Positions 18,349 through 28,795 of a stretch of 64,000 bases of DNA are shown here, piece after piece (position 1 is the stretch's first letter; each line of letters opens with the position of its first letter). Origin of the DNA: an uncultured Chloroflexia bacterium. Lineage in GTDB: Bacteria > Chloroflexota > Chloroflexia > QHBQ01 > JADMIH01. The position numbers and the translations under genes are program-made. Under the pieces are notes generated by a model that saw only the letters and a list, made by a program, of their open reading frames with translations, did not search any database and was not told the DNA's origin. The DNA is taken from assembly GCA_963797095.1 (NCBI GenBank), contig CAWCNY010000003.1, positions 896,001 to 960,000 on the forward strand. Direction: 5' to 3'.

Positions 18349-20334
18349 ATGCCAGCATCTATGGAAAGAGTTGAGCTAAAAGCGAGTAGAGGGCGCGATT
18401 ACCCGGTGAAGCCGGTGCCTTTCACGGCTGTGGAATGCAACGACGCTTTCTGGGCGCCGCGCATCGAGACCAACAGGGCGGTTACTATACCGTTCGCCTT
18501 CGGGCAGTGCGAGAGTGCGGGGCGCGTCGAGTTGTTCAGGCGGGCTGCCGCCTCAATGCGCGGCGACCCGGATGTGGATCGGACTCCACCCGGCTACGTG
18601 TTCGACGACACCGATGTGTATAAGGTTATCGAGGGTGCTGCCTACACTCTGCGGGTGCACGCCGATCCGATGCTTGAGGTGTACGTGGATGGACTGGTGA
18701 AGGTGATCGCCGATGCACAGGAGCCGGATGGCTATCTCTATACGGCGCGCAACGTTGACCCTGAGCACCCGCACCCGGCGGCCAAAGCGCATCGCTGGGA
18801 GGGAGAGCGGGCGCACAGCCACGAACTGTACAACCTGGGGCACCTATACGAAGCGGCGGTGGCCTATGAGCAGGCGACCGGCAAACGAGAGTTGCTGGAC
18901 GTGGCGCTGAGGGCCGCCGACTTGCTTGACCGCACCTTCGGGCCGGGTAAGGAGGTTATCTGGCCGGGCCACCAGATCACCGAACTGGCGCTTGTCAAGC
19001 TGGCACGCGCCACCGGCAATAAAAGATACCTGGAGCTGGCGAGATTCTTACTCGACAGCCGAGGGCCGGACGGTTGGGAGGGGAGCGGCATCGAATACAA
19101 CCAGTCGCATGCGGGGGTGCTTGAGCAGACCGAGGCGGTGGGGCATGCGGTGCGAGCCACGTATATGTATTCGGGGATGGCCGATGTGGCCGCCATGCTG
19201 GACGACCCCAGGTATGTGGAGGCGCTCGACCGTATATGGGAGGATGTGGTCGCGAGGAAGCTATATATCACGGGCGGCATCGGCTCGACCTCGGAGGGAG
19301 AGGCATTCGGCGCCCCGTACGAGTTGCCCAACGTGACCGCTTACAGCGAGACGTGCGCCGCTATCGGTAACGTCTTCTGGAACCAGCGCATGTTCCTGCT
19401 GCACGGTGACTCGCGATATATCGACGTACTTGAGCGGTCGCTGTACAACGCCCTTATGGCTGGGGTGTCGTTGGATGGGATGGCCTTCTTTTACGACAAC
19501 CCGCTGGAGTCGGACGGGCAGCACGAGCGAAGCCCGTGGTTCGGGTGCGCGTGCTGCCCCAGCAACGTGTCGCGATTTCTCCCTTCAATACCGGGCCATG
19601 TCTACGCGCAGCGAGACGATGCGATCTACGTTGATCTTTTTGTGAATAGCACCGCCGAGATCGCGCTTGATGGTGGGGTGGTTGTGAGGGTGGAACAGCA
19701 GACCCGCTACCCATGGGATGGCGCGGTCAGGCTGATGGTCAGTCCCGATAGGCCGCGCACGCTGGCGGTAAAAGTGCGAATCCCCGGCTGGGCGCGGAGC
19801 GAGGTGGTGCCGAGCGATCTTTACAGGTTTGTGGATGGTGAGAATGAGGATATAACGCTCAAGGTCAATGGCGAAGCGGTTGCGCTGGATGTGGAGCAGG
19901 GTTACGCTGCGCTGCAGCGGGAATGGCGTGCGGGTGATGAGGTCGAGTTGGACCTGCCGATGCCGGTGCGTCGCGTGGCGGCTAACGAGCGTGTGGAAGC
20001 TGACGAAGGGAGGGTGGCATTGCAGCGCGGCCCTCTTGTGTATTGCCTGGAATGGGCCGACAATCGTGGCGTGAAATTGCACGAACTTGCGCTTCCAGGC
20101 GATGTGCTGTTGAGTGCCGAATTTGCACCAGAATTGCTGGGCGGGGTGGTTGTGATCAAGGGCCTCGCCACCAGCGTGTCGCAGGATGACGATGGGCTTC
20201 AAATAAAGACCGAACAGCCCTTTACAGCGATACCGTACTACTCGTGGGCGAACCGGGGGTCCGGCGAGATGATGGTTTGGATCCCGACCGGTCAGGCCGC
20301 CGGGGTGAGCGGTGCGGCATCAAAGAAGAACTAA
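18349..20334 (+). CDS. Glycoside hydrolase family 127 (beta-L-arabinofuranosidase-like)
   Basis: FDDTDVYK, SHELYNLGH, GHAVRA, YITGGIG, YSETCA, CACCPSN, IPYYSWANRG. Confidence 0.93.
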   Translation: MPASMERVELKASRGRDYPVKPVPFTAVECNDAFWAPRIETNRAVTIPFAFGQCESAGRVELFRRAAASMRGDPDVDRTPPGYVFDDTDVYKVIEGAAYTLRVHADPMLEVYVDGLVKVIADAQEPDGYLYTARNVDPEHPHPAAKAHRWEGERAHSHELYNLGHLYEAAVAYEQATGKRELLDVALRAADLLDRTFGPGKEVIWPGHQITELALVKLARATGNKRYLELARFLLDSRGPDGWEGSGIEYNQSHAGVLEQTEAVGHAVRATYMYSGMADVAAMLDDPRYVEALDRIWEDVVARKLYITGGIGSTSEGEAFGAPYELPNVTAYSETCAAIGNVFWNQRMFLLHGDSRYIDVLERSLYNALMAGVSLDGMAFFYDNPLESDGQHERSPWFGCACCPSNVSRFLPSIPGHVYAQRDDAIYVDLFVNSTAEIALDGGVVVRVEQQTRYPWDGAVRLMVSPDRPRTLAVKVRIPGWARSEVVPSDLYRFVDGENEDITLKVNGEAVALDVEQGYAALQREWRAGDEVELDLPMPVRRVAANERVEADEGRVALQRGPLVYCLEWADNRGVKLHELALPGDVLLSAEFAPELLGGVVVIKGLATSVSQDDDGLQIKTEQPFTAIPYYSWANRGSGEMMVWIPTGQAAGVSGAASKKN

Positions 20335-20373
20335 ACTACCTTTACGCGCAGACGCAGCAGGGACGACACAGCT

Positions 20374-20447
20374 ATGCAAAGCGCGAAAATCGTGGCAGAC
20401 CCAGACTTCAGGATCGGCACAATCGACCCGCGTCTGTTTGGAACGTC
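20374..20447 (+). pseudogene. abfA: 5' stub of GH51 alpha-L-arabinofuranosidase
   Basis: MQSAKIVADPDFRIGTIDPRLFGT resembles the GH51 N-terminus that normally continues (F)xEHLGR; the frame closes soon after. Confidence 0.7.
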
Positions 20448-20573
20448 GCCGTTTCGGATGCGCCGTGCCGTGGCGAGGCATTTACCTATGTCGGCCCCGC
20501 CGTAATAGACGTGGCTCATCGTCCGGAGTAATTGGGCATCAAACACCGGATCTTCAAATATGATCCTGGTCAT
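20443..20573 (-). pseudogene. 5' stub of an alpha/beta hydrolase (S9/FrsA-like)
   Basis: AAGGAG RBS; MTRIIFEDPVFDAQLLRTMSHVYYGGADIGKCLATARRIRNGD, then reads into the antisense of the abfA stub. Confidence 0.7.
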
Positions 20574-20734
20574 ATTCCGGCTCCTTGAAAGTGCACCGAT
20601 TATGCAAAGTGTCTTCCATCCCCCGCATCCCCCGCATCCCCACGCATCGATCCTCCAGCCTTGCTACCATCTCAAGCCGGCCAGCAAGCAGGTGGCCTGT
20701 CGTCTATCGTCCTATCTCCGCCACTCCTTACGCT

Positions 20735-22168
20735 TCACTCGTAGAGGAGATAGTCGATATCGAGGATCTTGCAAGCCCAGATCAGTTCCTGCGTGTAGTT
20801 TCCGTAAACGCCATGTATATGGTTGCTCGAATAGGTGTCTATGAAGGTGTCGGGGGATACTTTGATGCGGGCGAAGGCGTGGGGCCATTCGGGAGTGGTG
20901 GCCGCGGCCTTGCGTTCGGCTATATCGGACGGCAACTCTATGAACTCGGCGGGAAGGATAGCCATCCAGTATTTGCCGTCTTTACGGGTGAGCCTGCCGA
21001 GTGTAACCTCCCCTGGCCGAGCAATGTGGAATACGCTGGCCCCACCCGCCGGGAAGTAGAAGATCTCAGGCAGGAGCTTGACGTGAGGCATATTGTCGTG
21101 GGGATTGAACGACCTGGCGGCGAAGTAGGTGGCGTGCTGGCCGCTGTTCACCAGATCCCAGAAATTGTACTCGGCATCGTAGTGCCGCACGTCGGCGAAG
21201 AGGACGGGAGTGCCGGCGATGTGCTTGAAGATCTCCATAGTAAGGGCGGCGTCGCTGTCGGCCTCGGTGGCGCAGACGATAGGCTCGTGGGGGCCATCCC
21301 AGTCATAAGGATCGTTCAGGAAGGCTTCGGTTATATCCATGGTGGCGAAGTTGTTGGTCATCTCAGGTTGGCCTTTGATACCGACGAAGTCGAGGTCCCA
21401 CCGGTCGATCAGTTGGCGCACGGCGTAGTAAGAGCGTATCTGCGTCTCCAGCTTCTCCGGAGTGAGAGCCTTGCCGTCGTAGCGCACCTCGCCCGCCATC
21501 TTCTCCAGCCACCGGCGGGCGCGTGTGACTTTATCGGCGGGAATGCCCGCGCTCAGGCGCACGATCTCACCCTGGTCGATATGCTCGATGTCGATGCCGA
21601 ATTGTCTCCGCCATTGTGCGAGGTCGACTGCTGCCGTGTACATACCCATTGAGCGCCCGCCGAATACGCCATAGGTTTCGCCCTTAAGTCGATGGACGGC
21701 GCTTGCCCCTCGTACGAACTTCATGACCCTTTGGAGGGTGGCCTTATCGTCGATGTCGCCGGAGACGCGCGTGTGGAATACTCCCACCTGGTTTAGAGAG
21801 CCTGCCGCGGCCAACATGGCTACCAGGCCGGGGTATTGGGGGTTGATGTTGGAGAAGCAGAGGAAGGGGCCGGGAGCGAACTCGGTGGCAATAGAGGTGA
21901 AGTGTGGGAAGGCCCAGATAGCGTAGTTGAGGATTGTGCATTCGACGTCTGCATCACGCAGTTTTATGCTCTCACTGCGGGCCATCTCGGTGGTCCAGAT
22001 CAATTCGCAGGGCACAGGCTCAATCTCGCCAGTGGCCTCCAGAGCGCGAACCAGGCGGTCCTGGAACTCCATGTTCATGTCGTACTGGAGCTTGTGCGCG
22101 AAATCTCGCCCGTCGGAAAAGGTCAGGATGCCTACTTTGCGCTTGATCATGGTTGTTCCCTGGTACAT
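20735..22168 (-). CDS. L-fucose/D-arabinose isomerase family protein
   Basis: KVGILTFSDGR, WAFP, PGLVAMLAAAG, GGRSMGM, FLNDPYDWDG, CATEADSDAALTM, NSGQ, NHIHGVYG. Confidence 0.88.
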   Translation of the reverse strand: MYQGTTMIKRKVGILTFSDGRDFAHKLQYDMNMEFQDRLVRALEATGEIEPVPCELIWTTEMARSESIKLRDADVECTILNYAIWAFPHFTSIATEFAPGPFLCFSNINPQYPGLVAMLAAAGSLNQVGVFHTRVSGDIDDKATLQRVMKFVRGASAVHRLKGETYGVFGGRSMGMYTAAVDLAQWRRQFGIDIEHIDQGEIVRLSAGIPADKVTRARRWLEKMAGEVRYDGKALTPEKLETQIRSYYAVRQLIDRWDLDFVGIKGQPEMTNNFATMDITEAFLNDPYDWDGPHEPIVCATEADSDAALTMEIFKHIAGTPVLFADVRHYDAEYNFWDLVNSGQHATYFAARSFNPHDNMPHVKLLPEIFYFPAGGASVFHIARPGEVTLGRLTRKDGKYWMAILPAEFIELPSDIAERKAAATTPEWPHAFARIKVSPDTFIDTYSSNHIHGVYGNYTQELIWACKILDIDYLLYE

Positions 22169-22183
22169 GGTTGTTCCCTGGTA
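22148..22183. repeat. 18-bp tandem duplication covering the isomerase start codon
   Basis: CATGGTTGTTCCCTGGTA x2. Confidence 0.9.
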
Positions 22184-22247
22184 GTCGTGGGGTTTGTGAC
22201 GAGTGACGAGTAACAGAGATCGCTTCTCACGACGGGCCCAGCCTGGG

Positions 22248-23142
22248 TTATTCAGGGCGACTTGATGGAGTTGGCGCTGGTTGGGGCGGCAGCGGACCGA
22301 GGAGGAAGCGGAGGGCCGCGGGGAGCCTACGTGCCCAGGCCAATTCGTGGTGCGTGCCGCCGGGCTCGACGATGAAGAGGAGGTCGTCTGCCGGGTAGCC
22401 TTTGGAGCGCAACAAGGCTGCCATGCCGGTAGCGTCGTTCAGATATTCCTCGCGGCGACCGGGTATCTCCGGGTTTTCGTTGTCACCGACATCCATGTAG
22501 ATACGCCCACCGACGAAGGGAGTGGCGGCGACGAAGGGGTCGAAGGTGCCTTCGCTCCACCAGAACGCCGGAACTCATTACCCCCGCGAAGCCGAACATG
22601 TCGGGTCGCGTGAGCATGGCGTAGAGGCTGATCGACCCGCCCATAGACGACCCCATCAGCCCCGTGTGAGGGCGCCCTGGCAGGGTGCGGAACAATTCAT
22701 CAACCAGAGGCTTGACCTTGTTCACCATGAAATCGATGTAGGCGTCGGCCCCGCCCCCACCGTAAAGGCTGTTTATATGTGCCGAGTAGTCGATAGCGCG
22801 CCTGCTGCCGGAACTGGCTATACCCACTACAATCGCCTCGATGCCCTCGCTGCTCAAGGCTTCCATTGTTTCGTCTACCTGCCACTCGCCGGAGTAGCTG
22901 CCCAGGGCATCAAATAGGTTTTGTCCGTCGTGCATATAGAGGATCGGGTAGCGCAGGTTTTGGTGCGCGTAGGAGGGAGGTAGGTAGACCAGCAGACGGC
23001 GGCGCACTCCCTCCTGTGGGCCGTACAAGCGCCGCGAAACTTTGATTGTGCCCACCACAGTATGCCCATCGCCGTGTGGGTAGTCTTGCCACGCTTCATC
23101 GCTCTGTGCGAACGCGCTATCATCCCAACCTGCATGGTCCAA
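22248..23142 (-). pseudogene. Fes/IroE-like esterase split by a +1 frameshift near 22572
   Basis: VYLPPSY, YMHDGQNLFD, GSSMGG; removing one T restores MSPAFWWS...RIYMDVG...HHELAWARR. Confidence 0.85.
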
Positions 23143-23153
23143 AGTGCGACTCC

Positions 23154-25088
23154 TTACTTTAGGCGTCCGCTGCCTGGGGGGTGGAGAGATGAGTCGTAGA
23201 TGTAGGGGACGTTGGATTCAAGTGGGAGGTCGAGCTGGCCGTTGTAGAGGCGAACGCGGATGCCGTCTCCCGATAGATAGGTGAACATGGAGGGTCCGAA
23301 GCTCTCGTTGCCATCGCTGAGATGATCGGCAGCCCCGGCTGCGATTGTCGCGCTGTAGATCGTCTTCGGACGCTCTCTCTGGGTGCCGAAACGGGCGACC
23401 GGGAAGGAAAAGACCGAGGTAGTGGGCTGGCCGGTGCAGCAGAGGAAGGTGCTGAAGAGCAATTGGCCGCCGGTGATGGTGGCGGAGTTGAGGCTCGTAT
23501 GGTAGAAGTCCCAGTCTACGATGAGGTCGGTAATGGTGGGTGGGGTACTGGGGACAAGGGGAACGAATCTTAGCTCGGCATTGAGGATGTGGTTGAGATT
23601 GTCGTCTCCGAAGTAATCCTCGCGGGCCAGCAGCAGGGGTGCTCCATCAACCCCTTGAAAGACGGACCATATAAGGGGATTGCCGCTTGGCACGTCCACG
23701 GCGGCAAGGGTGGCATCGGCACCGGAAGGATCGATCAGGCGCAAGGTGTAGTGGTCTATGGAGCGCTCGGCCACGACTAGGTCGCCTGCATAGCGCCCGT
23801 TGTAGAGGAAGGCGGCGGTAAGCCAGAAGAAGATGGAGAGGTCGTTGGTTGTGCGGGTAGTTGTTTGGGTGATCGTTCGGGGTGGGGAGGTGTTGTCGAG
23901 AGTGATGAGGATGACAGCTTGCTTCTCGGTGCGGTCGTCGAGGGGAGTAAAGGTGCTGAGGAGAGCGTGGCGTCCATCGGGGCTGAACTGCGCTCCCATA
24001 AAACTGCCTCCGGAGATCGCATAGAGTGGGAGGCGGTCGTTGCTGCCTGCGTTCCCCAGGTAGAGCGTGGTGGCGGTGCTGCTTATGACGCCGCCGAGTA
24101 CATCCTCGCCGGACCATGAGGCAATGAGATAGCGGTTGCTGTTGGGGTCGAGGTCCATGATCACTGTTTTGTCTTTGGAGCCGTTGAGTTGGACCGTGGC
24201 GATCTGTGGGCTCTTGTAGCTCTGGTAGGTGACGGTGGTATCCTGGAGGGCTGAGAGGCTGCGGATGGGGGCTCGATTGCTGAGATAGCCCTCGGCGTAG
24301 CTTATCGCCCACACGCCATCGCTGCCCCACAGGAAGTTATCGTAGCTGTATGGGTCGATGGAGATGGCGGCTTGTTGCGAGAGATGGGACAGGTTGACGG
24401 CCATCAGGCGACGCCCCATCAACTGTGGGGAGCCTCGGAACGAGCCTGTGGGGGTGGGGGTCGGCAGGACGACCGAGCGCGAGTCGGGGACGTCATAGAG
24501 AAGCCAGTCGCCTGTGCCTGTGCCCTGCACTCTGCTGGAGGGGTCGCTGTTCGGAAGCAAGGCCCAGCCGCCATCGCCAAAGTGGTAGAGGCCGGGCGGG
24601 GCGGCATCCTGGCGGAGGACCACGCTGCCGGTCAACGTGCCGCGATATATCTGGCCTGTGGCCTCCTCCTCGATCAGGGCGGAATCTCTGTAGGTTGGCT
24701 GTATATAGCGCACCTGACGGATGGTATTGAGGCAAGAGAGCCAGTTGCCGGCATCCTGGTAAGCGAGGGCCGTCTTGTAGAGGGTGTCACGCTGGGCTAT
24801 GGCGGTAGCCGCTTCCTTAGCTCGCGAATCGGCGTCGAGATAGCCGGAAGCCGAGGAGTAGTGAGACAGGGCGGAATCCCAGTCCTGGCTGGCAGCAGAT
24901 TCCGAGCCTGCCTGGTAGTCGCTCTGCTGGCGAACCTGGCCGAGCCACTGCCAGCCGGCGAAACCGAGCACGCCGAGGAGCACCAGCAGGCCAAGCGCGA
25001 CCTCCCAGGCCCGCCGCCCGCCTCCGGGGGAAGGCGGCTCAGGGTCGAGGTCTTCGATGGTTGAGATGGGGCCGTCCGAGTAGGCCAT
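23154..25088 (-). CDS. Membrane-anchored protein with TPR-like helices and probable beta-propeller, function unknown
   Basis: One N-terminal TM; DWDSALSHYSSASGYLDA helical repeats; FSPDGR motif. Confidence 0.8.
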   Translation of the reverse strand: MAYSDGPISTIEDLDPEPPSPGGGRRAWEVALGLLVLLGVLGFAGWQWLGQVRQQSDYQAGSESAASQDWDSALSHYSSASGYLDADSRAKEAATAIAQRDTLYKTALAYQDAGNWLSCLNTIRQVRYIQPTYRDSALIEEEATGQIYRGTLTGSVVLRQDAAPPGLYHFGDGGWALLPNSDPSSRVQGTGTGDWLLYDVPDSRSVVLPTPTPTGSFRGSPQLMGRRLMAVNLSHLSQQAAISIDPYSYDNFLWGSDGVWAISYAEGYLSNRAPIRSLSALQDTTVTYQSYKSPQIATVQLNGSKDKTVIMDLDPNSNRYLIASWSGEDVLGGVISSTATTLYLGNAGSNDRLPLYAISGGSFMGAQFSPDGRHALLSTFTPLDDRTEKQAVILITLDNTSPPRTITQTTTRTTNDLSIFFWLTAAFLYNGRYAGDLVVAERSIDHYTLRLIDPSGADATLAAVDVPSGNPLIWSVFQGVDGAPLLLAREDYFGDDNLNHILNAELRFVPLVPSTPPTITDLIVDWDFYHTSLNSATITGGQLLFSTFLCCTGQPTTSVFSFPVARFGTQRERPKTIYSATIAAGAADHLSDGNESFGPSMFTYLSGDGIRVRLYNGQLDLPLESNVPYIYDSSLHPPGSGRLK

Positions 25089-25500
25089 TCAGGAGCACCT
25101 GGGTCCGGGTTCGCACCGCCAGTACGGTGGGTGCTTTGTCCGGTGGAGTTATCGAGCCTGGGGAGGAGCGTGTTGGTGGGGAGGTTACCGGGGAGGTTAC
25201 AGGGGTTGCAAAGGTAGGTTACATCATGCCCAGGGGTCGCGTCAACTGAATCGTGCTGCAGGGCGCGGCCAATGATACGGTGGTGATGATGCAAGAGGTC
25301 GGGAAAGGGGGATCTACCGGCAAATTTACCCATTTGTTACCGGCGTTTACCAGCGCCTCCACTTTGGCGCGCTAGCATTATGATCAGGACGCGGGCGGCA
25401 AGGCAGGATGCCCGGTAGATGCTATACCGTTATTTGCGGTTCGCCGACCCTTCTGATCAACGTATTGATCAAAATGAACAACGAAGTTCAGCATTACCTC

Positions 25501-25557
25501 TTGACAATAGCAAGCAAAAGTTGTTTACTACAAGGTAAGAGGCTGGGAGCGCTCCCA
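25501..25557 (+). promoter_or_regulatory. Promoter plus CelR/CebR-type operator TGGGAGCGCTCCCA (25544-25557)
   Basis: TTGACA-N17-TTTACT; perfect 14-bp palindrome identical to the actinobacterial CelR/CebR box. Confidence 0.85.
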
Positions 25558-25569
25558 ATGGAGGCATAG

Positions 25570-26568
25570 ATGCCTATAACCCTCGAGGACATTGGCCGTA
25601 TGAGCGGAGTATCACGCTCCACGGTCTCGCGTGTCATAAACGAGGATCCCAATGTCAGTGAGAAAACTCGCAGCAGGGTGCAGGACGTTATTCGAAGCGT
25701 CAACTACCACCCGAATCTTGCGGCACGGGGGCTGGCGGCTGGCCGGACTAAAGTGGTCGGCCTGGTCATCCCACGCGGGGTAACGGCTCTCTTCTCAGAT
25801 CCTTATTTCCCGCTGGTTATACAGGGGGTGGCTTCGGCGTGCGCACCGCTCGACTTTTCGGTAATGCTGTGGCTGTCGGAGCCTGAGCACGAGCGCAAGG
25901 CTATCGGCCAGATCCTCCACAACGGATTGCTCGAAGGCGTGATCATAACCGCAATGCTGATCGATGATCCGCTGATTCAAAGCCTTTCAGAGAGCAAAAG
26001 GCCATTCATTACAATTGGCCGCCACCCCAACGACGAGACGCACAGCTATGTGGACGTCGATAATCGGGCAGGCGCGTACGAAGCGGTGTCGCATATCGTG
26101 CGCACGGGACACCGCAGGGTGGCGGTGATCAACGGCCCGGAAAACACAGCCCACAGTTGGGAGCGCTACCACGGCTATCAGAAAGCGCTGCGCGACCGTG
26201 GCTTGCCGCTGGTGCCTGCGTTGATTGCGGCGGGCGATTTCTCGGAGGCGGGTGGCTACCTGGCGGCGAAGCGCCTTCTTGTGGAAAAGCCGGACGCGGT
26301 GTTTGCTTGCTCAGATGCGATGGCATTTGGCTGCATGCGCGCCATACGGGAAGCTGGCCTGCGTATTCCGGAGGATGTGGCAGTGGTTGGTTTTGACGAT
26401 ATTCCCACCGCGGCCAACAGCAAACCGCCGCTCACCACCGTGAGGCAGCCTATACAGCGCATAGGTAGCCTCGCCGCTGAAATGCTAATCGAAATGATCG
26501 AACACCCAGACCCGCAACCTCGGCGCGTAGTATTGCCTACCGAACTGATTGTTCGCTCTTCTTGTTAA
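25570..26568 (+). CDS. LacI-family repressor (CelR/CebR-like)
   Basis: TLEDIGRMSGVSRSTVSRVIN, IPEDVAVVGFDD, PPLTTVRQP. Confidence 0.95.
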   Translation: MPITLEDIGRMSGVSRSTVSRVINEDPNVSEKTRSRVQDVIRSVNYHPNLAARGLAAGRTKVVGLVIPRGVTALFSDPYFPLVIQGVASACAPLDFSVMLWLSEPEHERKAIGQILHNGLLEGVIITAMLIDDPLIQSLSESKRPFITIGRHPNDETHSYVDVDNRAGAYEAVSHIVRTGHRRVAVINGPENTAHSWERYHGYQKALRDRGLPLVPALIAAGDFSEAGGYLAAKRLLVEKPDAVFACSDAMAFGCMRAIREAGLRIPEDVAVVGFDDIPTAANSKPPLTTVRQPIQRIGSLAAEMLIEMIEHPDPQPRRVVLPTELIVRSSC

Positions 26569-26689
26569 GCCCGTTCTATGTTTGGAAGGAGGTGATGAAG
26601 GATGCAAAAGAAGGTGCATGACAACTGCAAGCAGAAGTCTTGTAGTTGGTTTGCACAGATTGGCCGTTAGATCACCAAGGAGGAAAAGA

Positions 26690-28519
26690 ATGCGTAAGTC
26701 AAAATTAATAACATTGGTCGCGGTCCTAACGATCATGACCATGGTTTTGAGCTCTTGCGGCGAGGGAGCCAGTACAGCGACGCCCGTTCCCCCTGCCGCC
26801 ACGGATACCACGGCTCCGGCTCAGGCCACCGAGGCACCCCAGGCTACTGAAGCCCCCCAGGCCACCGAGGCCGCTGCACCCGATCAGCTTCCACGCAACG
26901 AGACTCTGTATGTGGGTGGCTTCCAGTGGCAGCCGCCAGCCACCTTCAACATATTGAACAACAACCCGGACTGGCCGGCGCAGGGCGGTTTCATGGAACT
27001 CTATGAAGCCCTGTTTGCTTACAACCAGTTGTCCGGCAACCTCGACCCGCTGCTGGCTAAGAGCCTCACGACTTCTGCCGATGGCGCTACCATGGACATC
27101 ACTTTGCAGGATGGCACCATGTGGCAGGACGGCCAGCCGCTAACCACCGATGATGTGATTTACACCTACGAGCTCGCCAAGTCGCAGTCGGACGTCAACT
27201 ACAGCACGCTGTTCAACTACATCAACAGCATCACCGCCACCGGCGACCGCACCCTCGAAATCAAGCTCAATACGGATGCGCTCAACCCCGGCTTCGTGAA
27301 GAACTTCCTGACCACAATCAGGATCCTGCCCAAGCATATCTGGCAGGCACGCGAAGCGAGCGGCAAGCTATCCGGAGTGGTTGACACGTCGCCGGTAGGC
27401 TCCGGGCCTTATAAGGTGCTCGACTTCTCGCCGCAGCGCGTGGCCCTCGTGCGCGATGACAATTACTGGGGCAAGACCGTTTTCGGTGGCCTCCCCGCGC
27501 CCAAGTACATCGTGCACCCTATCTTCAAGAGCAATGACGACGGTAACCTGGCCTTCCAGAACGGCTCCGTAGATGTAATGCAGCAGTTCACCCCTCAGAT
27601 CTGGAAGATGTGGGAAGATGCCGGCGCCCCCGTGGGCACCTGGTTTGACGCCCCGCCGTACTACGTGGCAGGCTCCATCCCGATGCTGATCATCAATACC
27701 ACCAAGAAGGGCCTCGACAACCCGCTGGTGCGACGCGCTCTCGCCTACTCGATCAACTATCCTCTTATCGCCGAGACCGCTATGTCCCAGTACTCGGTGC
27801 CGGCCAACTCCAGCTTGATTATCCCCGGCGGTGGCGAAGACATGTTCTTCAACGCCGACCAGGTCAAATCGGACGGCTGGACGTACGATCCTGCCAAGGC
27901 CAAGGACATCCTTGAGAACCAACTCAAGGCCATCAAAGGCTCCGATGGCGTGTACACTCTGCCCGACGGCACCCGCCTCGGCCCCTGGAGCGCCCGTACC
28001 CCTCAAGGCTGGACTGACTGGCAGACCGCTATCAACATCGTGGTCCAGAGCGCCAAGGAAGCCGGTTTCGACCTGCAGGAAGATTATCCCGATGCACCTG
28101 TCGTGACCAGCAAGATCCAGTCCGGTGACTTCGACCTCAACCTGTGGTACATCGCAGGCCAGAGTCCTTCCACCCCGTGGCAGCGCTTCCGCGATATGCT
28201 CGACAACCGGGGCGTACCTGGCATAGGCGAGAATGCTTTCTGGGATTACAACCGCTTGTCCGAGCCTGATGCCCTGCCTCTTCTTGACAAGGCGGCTGCG
28301 ACCACCGATCCTGCTGAGGCTAAGACGTACTACGATCAGCTCGATGCCCTCTTCATGAAAGACATCCCGGGCATCCCTCTGATGTACCGCCCGAACGAGT
28401 TCTACGAGTTCAACACAAGCGTCTGGAGCGGCTTCCCGACGGCGAAAGCGCCCAATGGCGGCACGCCGCAGTTCGCGCAGGCCGGAATCGAGTGGCTCTA
28501 CAAGATCACGGCCAAGTAA
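26690..28519 (+). CDS. Family 5 (Opp/Dpp-fold) solute-binding lipoprotein, probably oligosaccharide-binding
   Basis: Lipobox LSSC, ATEAP linker, LPRNETLY, WQDGQPLTTDDV, PVGSGPY, GWTDW. Confidence 0.9.
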   Translation: MRKSKLITLVAVLTIMTMVLSSCGEGASTATPVPPAATDTTAPAQATEAPQATEAPQATEAAAPDQLPRNETLYVGGFQWQPPATFNILNNNPDWPAQGGFMELYEALFAYNQLSGNLDPLLAKSLTTSADGATMDITLQDGTMWQDGQPLTTDDVIYTYELAKSQSDVNYSTLFNYINSITATGDRTLEIKLNTDALNPGFVKNFLTTIRILPKHIWQAREASGKLSGVVDTSPVGSGPYKVLDFSPQRVALVRDDNYWGKTVFGGLPAPKYIVHPIFKSNDDGNLAFQNGSVDVMQQFTPQIWKMWEDAGAPVGTWFDAPPYYVAGSIPMLIINTTKKGLDNPLVRRALAYSINYPLIAETAMSQYSVPANSSLIIPGGGEDMFFNADQVKSDGWTYDPAKAKDILENQLKAIKGSDGVYTLPDGTRLGPWSARTPQGWTDWQTAINIVVQSAKEAGFDLQEDYPDAPVVTSKIQSGDFDLNLWYIAGQSPSTPWQRFRDMLDNRGVPGIGENAFWDYNRLSEPDALPLLDKAAATTDPAEAKTYYDQLDALFMKDIPGIPLMYRPNEFYEFNTSVWSGFPTAKAPNGGTPQFAQAGIEWLYKITAK

Positions 28520-28560
28520 AGTAATAGCCCAACACTAGCCGGAGCGACCGGTTAGCTAAT

Positions 28561-28606
28561 GGGGGCAGCCGTTCAAGCAATTATCTGCTTGAACGGCTGC
28601 TCTCCC
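28561..28606 (+). terminator. Strong stem-loop after the SBP gene
   Basis: GCAGCCGTTCAAGCA-attatc-TGCTTGAACGGCTGC. Confidence 0.75.
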
Positions 28607-28795
28607 AACAAAGTGATCCCACATCTGTGCGGTCATAATTAGATGAAAACAGTTGAAACCGCGCATAAAATGCGGTAAAATTGTCTAATTAAGGTATCCT
28701 TCAGAAGCTTGCTCTCTGGTGATAGCTTTCGATGAATGATAACCTTAGGGTTGATGGGTCGCCGGCGACCTTTCAGCCAACAACGGGGTAAGTAT

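Noticed and set aside
20617-20648. (CATCCCCCG)n 9-bp repeat
   Set aside because: Short low-complexity run with no supporting context
25178-25222. GGTTAC direct repeats upstream of the 23154-25088 gene
   Set aside because: Short and irregularly spaced, with no candidate regulator
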